Under the pieces are notes generated by a model. It searched no databases and was not told the origin of the DNA. It saw nothing but the letters and a program-made list of their open reading frames with translations. Positions 52,827-63,630 of a DNA stretch of 64,000 bases are shown one piece after another. Numbering within the stretch: the first letter of the stretch is position 1; every line of letters starts with the position of its first letter. Position numbers and translations under genes: made by a program. Source of the stretch: Nemertoderma westbladi (lineage: Eukaryota > Animalia > Xenacoelomorpha); assembly GCA_032718475.1 (NCBI GenBank), contig JAUCBJ010008293.1, positions 2,162 through 66,161 on the forward strand, in the 5' to 3' direction.

Positions 52827-53945
52827 TTGCAAAATGACCACTGCCCATTCCCAGCGAAAAAAAGAACATCAGAAAGGAATTTGGCCAATTCGCTATCATT
52901 AGGGAACTTTCGTATTTTCGACCATCTTCCCAAAACAGTCCGCCTCTGTAAACCTGCTCCTGGGTGTTGGCGTTTTCCGCCAACATTTTTAAATGGTGTG
53001 TATTCGATAATATATTTAAGGGCTATGCACTTGAAATTTATTGACTTTTCCTAAAATTTACTGGCGAATCTCGTAGTGTCATTTATGTTTTTGTACGATT
53101 GTTAGTTTTTTTGCAAATGAGATTTTATCAAAGGGAAGTCAAGAATTTTATTCAAATTTACAAAAATAATTCTTGGTGCTGTCACTATTATTATTCCTAA
53201 ATTCTGGTTGGACAATGTCTTACTTAGCCTTGGCATCCAATCAAATACCAAACTATTCAACCAGTTTTACCAGCGAGACACATTATTTAATTGAATTAAA
53301 TAATTACAAGTGAAGGTAAAGGTAACACAAAGCCTTTTGTTTACTTCATACTGGAATTGAGAAACCTGAAACACACAGCTGGATAGAAAACTGGGTAGAT
53401 ATCTGCAGACAAGTTTTCATCTAAGGATTTATTGAATTAAGTCACCAGGAGTCTAGAACTGCCTCCAGCAAAGCAAATTAGGTTGGCTTCCCAGGTTGTT
53501 GTTGTTGCAGACAAACTACAATACGAATTTAATTATCCATTCCCCTGGACCCACATTGGCACATTTTGGTCCAAGTTACAATAGCCCTCTGGGATAGCGG
53601 CGCACATCAAAGCTAGCCAACAACTACCGTTATAAAATGTCAATCAAAATCAATCAAAATGGGAAGTACTCTGGTGTAATATGTGCGTCGAAAAGGGCGT
53701 TTTCTTGTTGGTTCTGCTAACTATTGTGCTGTGCACTGCTGCTACTTAGTCTTCCTTCCACCTGTGCCTTTATACTGTAATCTATAATGTTTTAAAGAAG
53801 TGATCTCTCTTTTTATTGGCTGATAAATGTAGTAGAAAAAACAAATATTAGGCACGAGACGAGAACACAAAACACGAATACAAACACAAAACAATTAACA
53901 AAACAATTAAAAACTATACTTTGTTAAACAAGTATTTAGTATTTG

Positions 53946-56900
53946 ATGTATTTAATCGGGTGTAATCTGTCGGGTGTCCCTGTCACAAGTTTGTCGGGTG
54001 TCCCTGTCACTGCCACCAATCTGTCGGGTGTCCCTGTCACCGCCACCAATCTGTCGGGTGTCCCTGTCACCGGTCTGTCGGGTGTCCCTGTCATCGGTCT
54101 GTCGGGTGTCCCTGTCACCAGTTTTTCGTGTGTCCCTGTTACCGGTCTGTCGGGTGTCCTTCTCCCTGTCACCGCCACCAGTCTATCGGATGTCCCTGTC
54201 ACCAGACTGTCGGGTGTCCCTGTCACCGGTCTGTCGGGTGTCCTTCTCCCTGTCACTGCTAGCAGTCGGTCGGATGTCCGTGTCACCAGTCTGTCGGATG
54301 TCCCTGTCACCGGTCTGTCAGGTGTCCCTGTCACCGCCACAAGTCTGTCGGATGCCCCTGTCACCAGTCTGTCGGGTGGCAACCATTGCTGTAGCTGCAG
54401 CGCATCTGGGGGGCGTTGCACTAGGTGTGTATGCGCAAAGGAAGGGCGTCACTGCACTATTTGTGGTCCGCTGTTGGTGGGGAGATGTGAGAATTTCATT
54501 GGTCCCATTAACCCTAAACCCATTCCTGACCTTCCCCGGGTTTGTCCAGTAGTCCGTCAAAGGCCTTCTTCAATGTTGACAACAAGGTCACCAACGATAT
54601 CTTGGTTCGGACAACCAATACCTGCCCCAGCTTTCTTAGACACATTACATCGAGTGTACAATGTGATAGTCCATTGGCGATCGAATTTGTTTCTTCTTCC
54701 CCCAGGCGCGGCCGGTCGCGAGGTCGTTTCCGAGATGTCACGGCTCCTCAACATGTTCAGTGGCGACTTCGGACTCGAGGATGCTGCTCTAACGGCGTTA
54801 ATGATTCTCCCCGCCCTCCTCCTACAGAAACCATCCCGCTCATCGAACGCAGCGACCCACCGACGAGTTTTAGAACGTCGCATGAAATCTTGGAAACTCG
54901 GCCGGTTTGAAGAACTTCTCCAAGAGGCCAGCGCAATCCAAGCCCACCTCAAACGTGGTTCCTCCCGCGTGGCAACCATCCATAATAATGCAGCTGAGCG
55001 CGCTTTCTGCCGGCACATGCTGGTCGGCAATGTGAGTGCAGCCGTTCGTAGTCTAGACGAGCTGTCTAAGGGAGGGTTACTTAAACTTAGCCAGATAGTT
55101 ACAGATAAGAACGGAGTCACTAAAACTGTGAAGGAGTTTCTGTTGGACAAACATCCCCCTGCAGAAACAGCAGACAATACGACATTGCTGGAGGGATTTG
55201 ATCGGGCACCTGAGTTCCATGGAGTTATATTCGAGAAGATTGACGCCCAGTTGGTTCTCACTAGCCTCCTTCATATTAACGGGAATGCTGCTGGCCCTTC
55301 CGGTCTCAACGTCCAGGGATGGAAGTACATTGCCACCCGATTCCGGGGAGCCTCTTCTGAGCTATGTTCAAGCATCGCCATGGCAGCGAGAAAGGTTGCC
55401 CAAACACCAATTGACTCTGGTCGTCTCTCATCGTTACTCTCGGCTCGCCTGGTTGCTATAGATAAGTGCCCGGGCGTCAGGCCGATTGGCATAGGGGAGG
55501 TACTCCGACGCATTATTGGAAAGTCAATCATTGCGAGCGTCTCGGATGATCTACAGACTGTTGGTGGCTCAGTACAGTTATGTTGCGGGCAGAAAGCGGG
55601 GATTGAACACGCCGTACATAGTCTAAATGACGCGTTTGACAGCGACGGGTGCGAGGCGGTTCTACAAGTGGACGCAAACAATGCGTTTAATTCATTAAAC
55701 CGCAGCGCTGCGACACACAATATCGGCATCGTTTGTCCTTCCCTTAAGACTGCGGTTTCCAACTGCTACGCCCAGCCAACTAAACTGTTTATCGGGGGCG
55801 AGTTTATATACTCGTCCGAGGGTTTTACCCAGGGCGACCCTCTCGCCATGCCGAGCTACGCCGTTGGGACGATCCCGCTGTTAGATGAGCTGGAGGAAGC
55901 GTCCAGCGTGAACCAGAAGTGGTATGCGGACGACGGGAATGCGGCCGGAACGCTGTCTGAGCTCCAGGAAATGGTGGGACGTAGTAGCTGCGCGGGGTCC
56001 TTTATACGGGTACTTTCCGACGAAATGTGTCCTCCTCGTAAAGCCAGAGTTTCTCGGAGAAGCAGAGTCCCTATTCCCGGAACCCTGCTTTACGATCGAG
56101 GTCCGTGGGTGCCGACTTCTCGGCGGCGCCGTCGGCACTGAAGAGTTCCGACAGGAGTTCGTCGACGCCAAGGTTACCGAGTTTATCCGACAGGTGGAGC
56201 GTCTCGAAGGAATCGCCGCCATTGACCCGCACTGCGTATACGCGGGCCTCGCGATTGGGTTGTCGGCGCGTTGGCGATACATATCGCGTGTTATTCCGCA
56301 GTCTACGGATCGGTTCGGAGATCTCGAGGCTGCCGTCGAGAAGTGTCTTGCGTCGTTAGCGGGGCAGCCTGCCATCACTCCTGCGGAACGGGAACTCTGT
56401 TCGCTCCCGGTGCGCCTTGGAGGTTTAGCGATCCCGCTTCCGTCCGACCTAGAGGAGCAATATAGTAATTCTAGATTGTTATGTGCGCCATTTAATAAGG
56501 GGGGTAACGTAAAAGAAAGAGCGGAACTGCAAAAAGAGGCTACTAACCTTATTAGGATCCGGGAAACCGCCAACCTGAAGAAGAAGGTCGAGGAGGTTCA
56601 TTTAGGACTCAATCGGGACCAACAACACCTACGGGAGCTGACATCCGAGAAGGGCGCTTCGTCCTGGCTAAACTCTCGCCCGGTGACGATCCACAACACT
56701 CACCTAGGTAAGCAGGAGTTCCGCGACGCTCTATGCCTGCGCTATGGTTGGCAACCGAGACTTCTTCCGGCCCGGTGCGCCTGTGGGACACGATTTTCAG
56801 TAAATCACGCTATGTCGTGTCCTACAGGCGGCTATCCGTCTATTCGCCACAATGAAGTCCGCGATTTCTTCGCCACTACACTAACCGAAGTAGCGCATAA

Positions 56901-57468
56901 CGTCGCGGTCGAACCTCATTTGCAGCCAGTCACCGGTGAGCAGTTCATCCGACATTCCACTTCCACCGACGACCAAGCCCGCCTCGATGTGTCCGTCTGC
57001 GGTTTCTGGGGTTCCAGGTATCAGAAGATATTCCTGGATGTCTCCATCTTCAACCCCCTAGCCCCCACGAATGCTGCAATGCCTCTCGCCGACGCCCACC
57101 TCCATCACGAGGCCCGCAAGCGTAATCTTTACGACGAGCGGATTCGTGAAATTGAGTTGGCGACATTTACGCCGCTCATATTCTCGGCGTATGGTGGCTT
57201 CTCGCCAACCACGTCTCAGTTCGTGAAGCGACTCGGGATATTACTCTCCGAGAAGCGTGAGGCACCGTACTCCGAGTGTATTCGTTGGATCCGCCGTGAA
57301 TTGAGTTTCGCACTCCTCCGCGCGGGTTTAATGTGTCTGCGGGGTGCGCGTTCTGCACGGAATCGACCGGTACGCTGCGAGACTCCGATACAGATGTCCA
57401 ACTCGGACACCGACACGTCGCCGTACCCATGGGCGACTAAATCACCTATCTGCATGTCCAGGTTTTGA
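53946..57468 (+). pseudogene. CRE ORF with a single +1 frameshift
   Basis: ORFs 53943-56141 and 55924-57468 join as GTLSEL-RKWWD if one C at 55964/55965 is removed. Confidence 0.85.
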
Positions 57469-57650
57469 ACTGCGTATCACGACTCTATTAGGCCCAATTT
57501 TAATAATATACTGGTATTTTTATGTAGGCCTATATTGTTATTGTTTATACTTGTTACCTAGGCTACGTCAGCTGGTGGTGGGTCAATGTTTGTTTTTATA
57601 TATTATATATATTGACTTTTGGTGCAATATCGTAAATACCGGTAAAAAAA
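53956..57650 (+). mobile_element. CRE-clade non-LTR retrotransposon (RT plus restriction-like endonuclease)
   Basis: AAGPSG, VRPIGIGEVLRRIIGK, VDANNAFNS, QGDPLAM, WYADD, LPVRLGGL, EFRDALCLRY, CACG..HAMSC, RHNEVRD, ARLDV..FLDV..HEARKR motifs; A-tail 57644-57650; 15-bp TSD ATTTGATGTATTTAA (53941-53955, 57651-57665). Confidence 0.93.
53965..54377 (+). repeat. In-frame 21-33 bp tandem repeats at the CRE 5' end
   Basis: CTGTCGGGTGTCCCTGTCACC variants whose lengths are all multiples of 3 (LSGVPVT repeats). Confidence 0.9.
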
Positions 57651-57917
57651 ATTTGATGTATTTAAAATGTTTTAAATTTAAATGATTTAAATTTATAATA
57701 TTTTAAATCGTTTCCTAATAAACCATAATTCATGTAAATGGCGCGGTTATAGTAAACAAGAAATGTATTAGTTAACAAGTTATTCGTAAACAAGAAATGT
57801 ATTTATTTTCATGAGGTCCTAACCTGTATTAAAAGTACATTATTAGTTCACAATTTATAATTAAACTATAAAAACGTGACATTAAAAGCGAATAAAATAA
57901 AACAACCAAAATAGAAC

Positions 57918-58124
57918 CAAAGGGACAGCGGACCCCCGAGCAGTGCCAGTGAGCTTGGCATGAGCCTGAAAAGGCATTGGGCTTTGTTGATACAAGGCAA
58001 AGCGAGGGAGAAAGGGACAGGGACAGCCGACACCAGCGCTAAGCCGCTTGACTTGCTTGAGAACCAACCCCGAAAGGGATTGCGAGGGGCGAGCGGTACA
58101 CAAGGGCAATTCGTATGAATTGCA
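57918..58124 (+). other. GC-rich multi-hairpin segment, candidate structured RNA
   Basis: At least five hairpins, two capped by GAAA, with G.U pairs valid only on the plus strand. Confidence 0.4.
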
Positions 58125-58750
58125 TAAAAACTGACTATAATATAAAATATTTAATAGATTTGCAGTAAAAATATGTAGTTCATAATTAAATCGTTACAAA
58201 ATTGAGATTTTAATATATATAATTTAATATATACTATATACTGTATATGCCCTAGGAGCATAGGCCTATACATTTTTGATTTGAACGAATTATGTTTTTG
58301 ACAGACCAATATCAAGCAAGTAAAATTATTTGGAAACAGAGAAACAACATGTTCCTATCTGTTCAACCGTAAGTAGTCATCGTTTTATTTAAGCAGGGCC
58401 ACAAAGCGCAACCCTGTTTAAATACTGTAAGGAAAATTATCACATTGGTTACATTTAATATTTACGCTATATATATTATATACTATATATATGATATATA
58501 TATATATATGTGTGTGCTGAGAGCATTATGCCCTCAGCTGCTAGGTCACGGGTTCGATCCCGGTATCTAGCTAAATGAACATTTCGATCTTATGTGGGCC
58601 TACAAAGCGAGGATATGGTTATGTGATTTCTGCTGAGGAGTTTTGGAAATGGGTTTGATGGATTGAGATTATTAATGTTGAACGTGTGTGTGAGTGCCCC
58701 CCCCCCCCCCCTTGTATAACTTGAAATTAATACTCCATATCTCAAGAACC

Positions 58751-58851
58751 TGTGGCCTAGTGGTTGTTGTCTCGGCCTCAACCTCGTGGTCCCAGGTTCG
58801 AATCCGACATCACGCTGAAGAGAACCAGTAAGGTCGAAACGCGTACGTGGT
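58751..58851 (+). ncRNA. tRNA-like Pol III head fused to a minimal type I hammerhead (SINE-like retrozyme)
   Basis: A box TGGCCTAGTGG (58753-58763), B box GGTTCGAATCC (58795-58805), then ATCACG-CTGAAGA-GAACC AGTAA GGTC-GAAA-CGCG-TA-CGTGGT. Confidence 0.75.
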
Positions 58852-59015
58852 TTGGAGAGATATGAGATATTAATTTCAAGAAAAATTACGCGATTTCTAA
58901 ATTTGTACACTACCCGGTTAAAAAAGTACGCATGTGATGGGATTAGTCCTACAATTGCGCCAATAAAAGATAAGTTATTTTCGGTAAAATAAACTTATCA
59001 ACGTACAACGTACAA

Positions 59016-59400
59016 GGCTGAGATATCTCCCTCGTGAGATGACTCCCCAGTTATCTCAGCCTAGACTGAGAACACACCTCAGTCGTCTCAGCCTAGGCTG
59101 AGAACACGCCCCAGTTATCTCAGCCTAGGCTGAGAACACTCCCCTTAGGCTGAGATGACTCCCCTTAGGTTGAGATGACTCCCCTAATTGAGTTATAATT
59201 CATATCCATACCTGTGGTATTTTCGTATATTGTAAAAATAAACAGTAACCTATGTTATTGAGTTATTGAGTTATCGTTTATTGTTTTTGTTAGAAAGGCC
59301 CGCCACTGTAACCTGCACTTTCCGTTAATTAATAAATCTTTTTAAATCTATGGAGAAAACTGGAGAGTGTTCTCAGCCTAGGCTGAGAAGACTGGGGAGT
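59016..59400. mobile_element. MITE-like element with palindromic subrepeats
   Basis: Repeated CTCAGCCTAGGCTGAG palindromes at 59050-59170 and an inverted copy at 59358-59400. Confidence 0.55.
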
Positions 59401-59594
59401 CTTATTTGGCCTTATTTGGTAGTACAACTGTATTGCAATACAATACAGTATTACAGTATTTGAATTACTTTACATTATTTTATATGGTCCTAATAATTAT
59501 TTGAATATTAATTTACTTTAAATTAATTAATCGTACTCTATTATTTTATCGTCTCTAATATTAATATGCCTATTTATTGTTGTTGTAAGTTATA

Positions 59595-60490
59595 TTACAG
59601 TATATGTCGCAGTTTGTAAAATATATCTGTAGATTTTGTGATTTTTTTAAATGTGTAGTTTGCGTGAATTTTCCAATCTAGTTTAGAGTCGATCCATGCG
59701 CCAAGTATTTTTGAACATAAGTTGTGAGTGATTGGTTTATTGTAGATTGTAATGTCAGCAGAGGTTGGTGGGATAGTTTTAGTAAACATTGTAAATTCAG
59801 TTTTTATGAAGTTCAGTAGTAGCTTGTTATCGTTTAACCAGTCAAATACTTTTGCTAACTCTGTATTTGTATTGATTATTAGCTGTTTATAGTTTCTATG
59901 TGAATTTAAAAGTGTTGTGTCGTCTGCAAATAGAGTGGATAATAAAGAAGTTACTTTTGGTAATTCATTGATAAATAATTAGAATAGTAGGGAGAGAGAA
60001 CGGAACCTTGTGTAACTCCGCATATTATAGGTAGTAGTAACGATGTTATTTCACAGATAGAAACAGTCAAATTGGTAGCGATCTGACGGAAATTAATTGA
60101 AGTGGAAGATACCATAACATTTGAGTTTATTCAGTAATATTTTATGATCTAAGGTATCAAAGGCCTTTTTCAGGTCTACGTAAACTGCACAAGCGTTATT
60201 GTTGGAGTCTAAAATTGTGTGGATTCTTTCAGCAATGGAGAGTAGTGCATGCGTGTTTGAAGTTTTTGGTCGGAAATCATATTGAGAAGTAGTAGAATTG
60301 AGTATTGAGTATATATAACTAAATATGTTTGTAGTTGTGATTTGATAATGTGTTCTAGAATTTTGCTTAGTATAGGTAGTAGTGATATGGGTCGGTAGTT
60401 GTTGGGGTCAGATGGACTTTTGGGCTTATATACAGGAATTGTTTTGGCTATTTTAAGGGAATTGGGGAAGAACCCGTATATTTGGAATGA
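59595..60490 (-). pseudogene. Decayed CR1/L2-group LINE reverse transcriptase
   Basis: [58 protein letters not shown] and KILGAWIDSKLDW motifs with stops and frameshifts. Confidence 0.88.
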
Positions 60491-60660
60491 TTGTTAATTT
60501 ATACTTGTTACTCACTTACCCCACTTCATTCACATTGCTCATTGCATGGCTTCCTTACTTCTAGCTTGGTATCACCATGTGCTTCAGTTCCCATTCATCT
60601 AGTTATTACAACAACAGACCCCCACTCAACCTCTACTTCTGCTTCCTACTTACTGGTACC

Positions 60661-61023
60661 ATGGCATTTAACAGCCCTCTGAAACCCCCCAAACTGGTTC
60701 CACTCAGCAAATCAGAGATGATCGATTCCTTTGAAGTATGGCGCAACAATCTAACTTATTCGCTTTTGCTCCAACCCCAGTTTGCACCATTTACAACCTT
60801 GGGTGCCACCTGGTTGCGCCATTTCCACACTGTACCATTCCGTGGTTTTGCCGATGAGCCAAACACCATTGCTCCAGCAGATCGCCATACCGCCCTTCAA
60901 AAGACTACAGCGCTGGAGCTTATGCTCGGCCACGTCGCCAATTACGCCGCCGTTATTGCGCGTAACTCGATCATTCAGGACTCCACTTCCTTGCTCTCCA
61001 TATGACATGCCATCCGCCTGCAT
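60661..61023 (+). pseudogene. Gypsy-like gag N-terminal fragment
   Basis: PPKLVPLSKSEMIDSFEVWRNNLTYSL..FAPF...LELMLGHVANY..IARNSII..STSL resembles the gag of an invertebrate Gypsy lineage. Internal stop at 61003-61005. Confidence 0.7.
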
Positions 61024-61029
61024 TATATA

Positions 61030-63511
61030 CCATTATAGCATTATAGCGTGTTCAGTGACAGGGTTTTCATTTACATTCTTGCGGGATCCAACCTCAAGGA
61101 GTCGAGGGGCTGGGTCGTTGCAGATAATAGCAGGGGGACGGCTGAGGGGGCACATGCCAAAGGCAAGAGTAGTTAAGACTTCGCGTAGGGTGTCACTCTG
61201 TTCATCCGAGAGTAAGACAACATTCGAGTAGAATGACACAGTCTCCTGTAAAAGGAGAATACAACGGCGAATGACTGGCCAATGATGGAGGGTGGGTCGA
61301 TGGCTGACTGGGGTACAGTACGCTTGGGGTTGTAGAGAGGGCGACACACTGGTGGCATTGGGCGGTAACCTCATCGAGAGCATGGTCGAGGTCCAGGGTG
61401 TAGAAATACCAGGAAAATGTGGTACGCATCTGGGACTTGTTAGGGTGTAGAAGCTCGATGTGTAATGAGGTGAGTAATCCAATAAGAGCGGAGCGGTGTA
61501 TGATGATGACGTCAAGGGGGGATGTAAAGGGATGTACCAGTGGACTACAACAAAGTCAGAGGCAAGTAGAGAAGATACGCCCAGGTATCATTTGACATCC
61601 TTGCTGTGTGTATCGTGTTTGGAGGGCCGGGTACAGGAGGCGAGATTTTCGGTGATACGGATTAATTCGGAACACTCATGTTGTGTGGCGAGCCACGCGG
61701 GATGACTGGCATAGAGGGGGTGGGGATTGGGGCTATCGGAAGCAACAAAGCATTTCCATGGGGGGGGGGGGGGGGGAGTTTGGTAGTAATGCTTGCGTTG
61801 ATGTGAGTTGGTAGGCAACAGGGTATGGGTGGTTGGGTGATGATGGGTTCGGGCTGTGAGATGAGGCAGACAACTGGTGTGACTCTACAGCAGCGGCGAC
61901 AAACGCACACACTTGGCAGGACATGAGAGGGCATGATGGAACTTTTTGGGTTTGGAAGTCAGCAGGGAGGTTAGTAGAGCCCTTTATGTGGGATACGGTA
62001 ACGTGGGCCTGGCGAGGTGCTTGCGAGGAATGTAGACAAGCGTGGGCTAGTAGGATATGCACCATGGGACAACTTTTTAAACTCTTCAACACAGGGTTTA
62101 CTATCTGTGAGAATGTGTGGTTGGCGTGTGGAGGTAATGAGGTATGAGAGAAAATGTTGAACAGTGGCCATGATAGCGAGTGCCTCCAACTCACAGGGAA
62201 GCCAAATGTGTTGGTGGGCCTTAAGTTTACAGGAGTAAAACCCAGTGAGAAGCAATTCCTTGGAATGTTTGGCGTAGAGAATGGCACCATGGCACCTGGA
62301 TGAGGCAGCATCAGTGATGAGGAATAGCTTGTTGGTGGGCCGCAGGATCGTGATTGACCTGCATGACTGTAGGGCAGCTTGGAAGCACCGGAATACTGAC
62401 TCGAGTTCGGGGGTCCATGTCACTGGATAGTAATGAGGACCTGGAGAGAGATTAGGGCAGAACAATGGGGGAGTATGTGGGAGAGAACCTTATAGGATTC
62501 GATTCGGACATGGGGTGGGGTAGGACATTGGGATAAGGTGGCTGTGATATGGGAGGAAGCCCATAATGAACCACTAGACGACATCCTACCAAGGATGGTG
62601 GTAGTCTGGGGGCAAATAATGGTCTTCTTAGGGGACAAATGCAAGATAGCATGGTGTAGGGCACGGAGGAGGGTGGTGAAATTAAGGAGGAGTTCAGGGA
62701 TGGTGTTGCTGCCACAATAGATGTCATCGGCGTGTTTGACGACAGAGCCCTGGACGAGAAGGTCTCTGAGGATGCAGGACATTAACTCCTCGAAGGCAGT
62801 CTCGCTGCTGGGCATGCCCGTGGCACAGCAGAGGTAGACGCGAACACCATGAAATGGTGTGGATTCGCTGCAGAAACGTATGGAGTTGCGGTGGAGTGGT
62901 ATCTGACAAAAAGAGATGGTGAGGTCCGCCTTAACGAGAAACGTGAACCAGCTGAGGGCTCAAATGGTGGATTCAACATCTGGGAGGAGTGCGGGTTATG
63001 TTTTACAATATTTGGCGATCTCTGTGAATGCAGTGACAAGCTGAGTTCCTCCGTTTTGCTGGGCGACGAGAAAGCTGGGGTTGAAAGCGGGGTAGCTCAG
63101 TTGGTTGAGCGCCAGGCTTGCAATCTATTGGTTGTAGGTTCAGCCCCGCCAGGGTCCACTCAGCCTTTCATCCACTGGGGTCGATAAAATGTGTACCAGT
63201 TGAAATAACTGGGAGCAAAACCTGGGATAGGAGTAGCGCCCACCCCTACCCTCGGGTAGCAGCTATCGGAAGAGGAGCCTTCGGGTCGCCTCCGGCTTCG
63301 GCCGACTGTTTGCTTTGCTTGCTTGCTACTACATTCACACTGGCCAGCTGGATGAAGATGCCAAGGCGCTCAAGTGAATCGAACTTCTCCTGTAGTTCAA
63401 TGAGACGATCGCGGGAGTATTGTGGGATGCGACCTTTACATTGGGGTGGCAACATAGGAGTAACATTGACGACAGCTTCAAATGGACCAGCAGATTCGTT
63501 GTATCCAGGAT
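61030..63511 (-). pseudogene. Decayed Gypsy-like pol (RT, RNase H, integrase)
   Basis: PQYSRDRLIELQEKFDSLERLGIF, FNPSFLV, GMPSSETAFEELM, KHADDIYCG, LITDAA, WLPCELEALAI, ILTDSKPCV and LEVGSRKNVNENPVTEHAI motifs across several frames. Confidence 0.88.
63086..63327 (+). mobile_element. tRNA-derived SINE inserted into Gypsy pol
   Basis: Head GGTAGCTCAGTTGGTTGAGCG..TTGCAA..GGTTCAGCCC, central GTCCACTCAGCCTTTCATCC..GGTCGATAAAATG, structured tail and (GCTT)n end. It splits VNVV from FNPSFLV. Confidence 0.82.
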
Positions 63512-63630
63512 CAGGGACTGGCATCGAATCGAATCGAAAGCAATTTTTCGTCTTCGATTTCCCATATATTTTTCGATTCGATTTCGATTCGACTCAGGTA
63601 AACAATTTCGACTTCGATTCGATTATTCGA
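63512..63630. mobile_element. hAT-like left terminus truncating the Gypsy pol
   Basis: CAGGGACTGGCATCGAATCGAATCG followed by many TTCGA subterminal motifs. The other end is not visible. Confidence 0.5.

Noticed and set aside
55924-56141. Programmed ribosomal frameshift in the CRE element
   Set aside because: The shift falls within the RT core with no slippery site, so a single-base insertion or sequencing error is more likely.
60567-60574. TGGTATCA as a tRNA-iMet primer-binding site
   Set aside because: Only 8 nt match and there is no second LTR to define the boundary.
63086-63160. Functional tRNA-Ala gene
   Set aside because: The acceptor and T stems do not close and the sequence continues into a SINE body.
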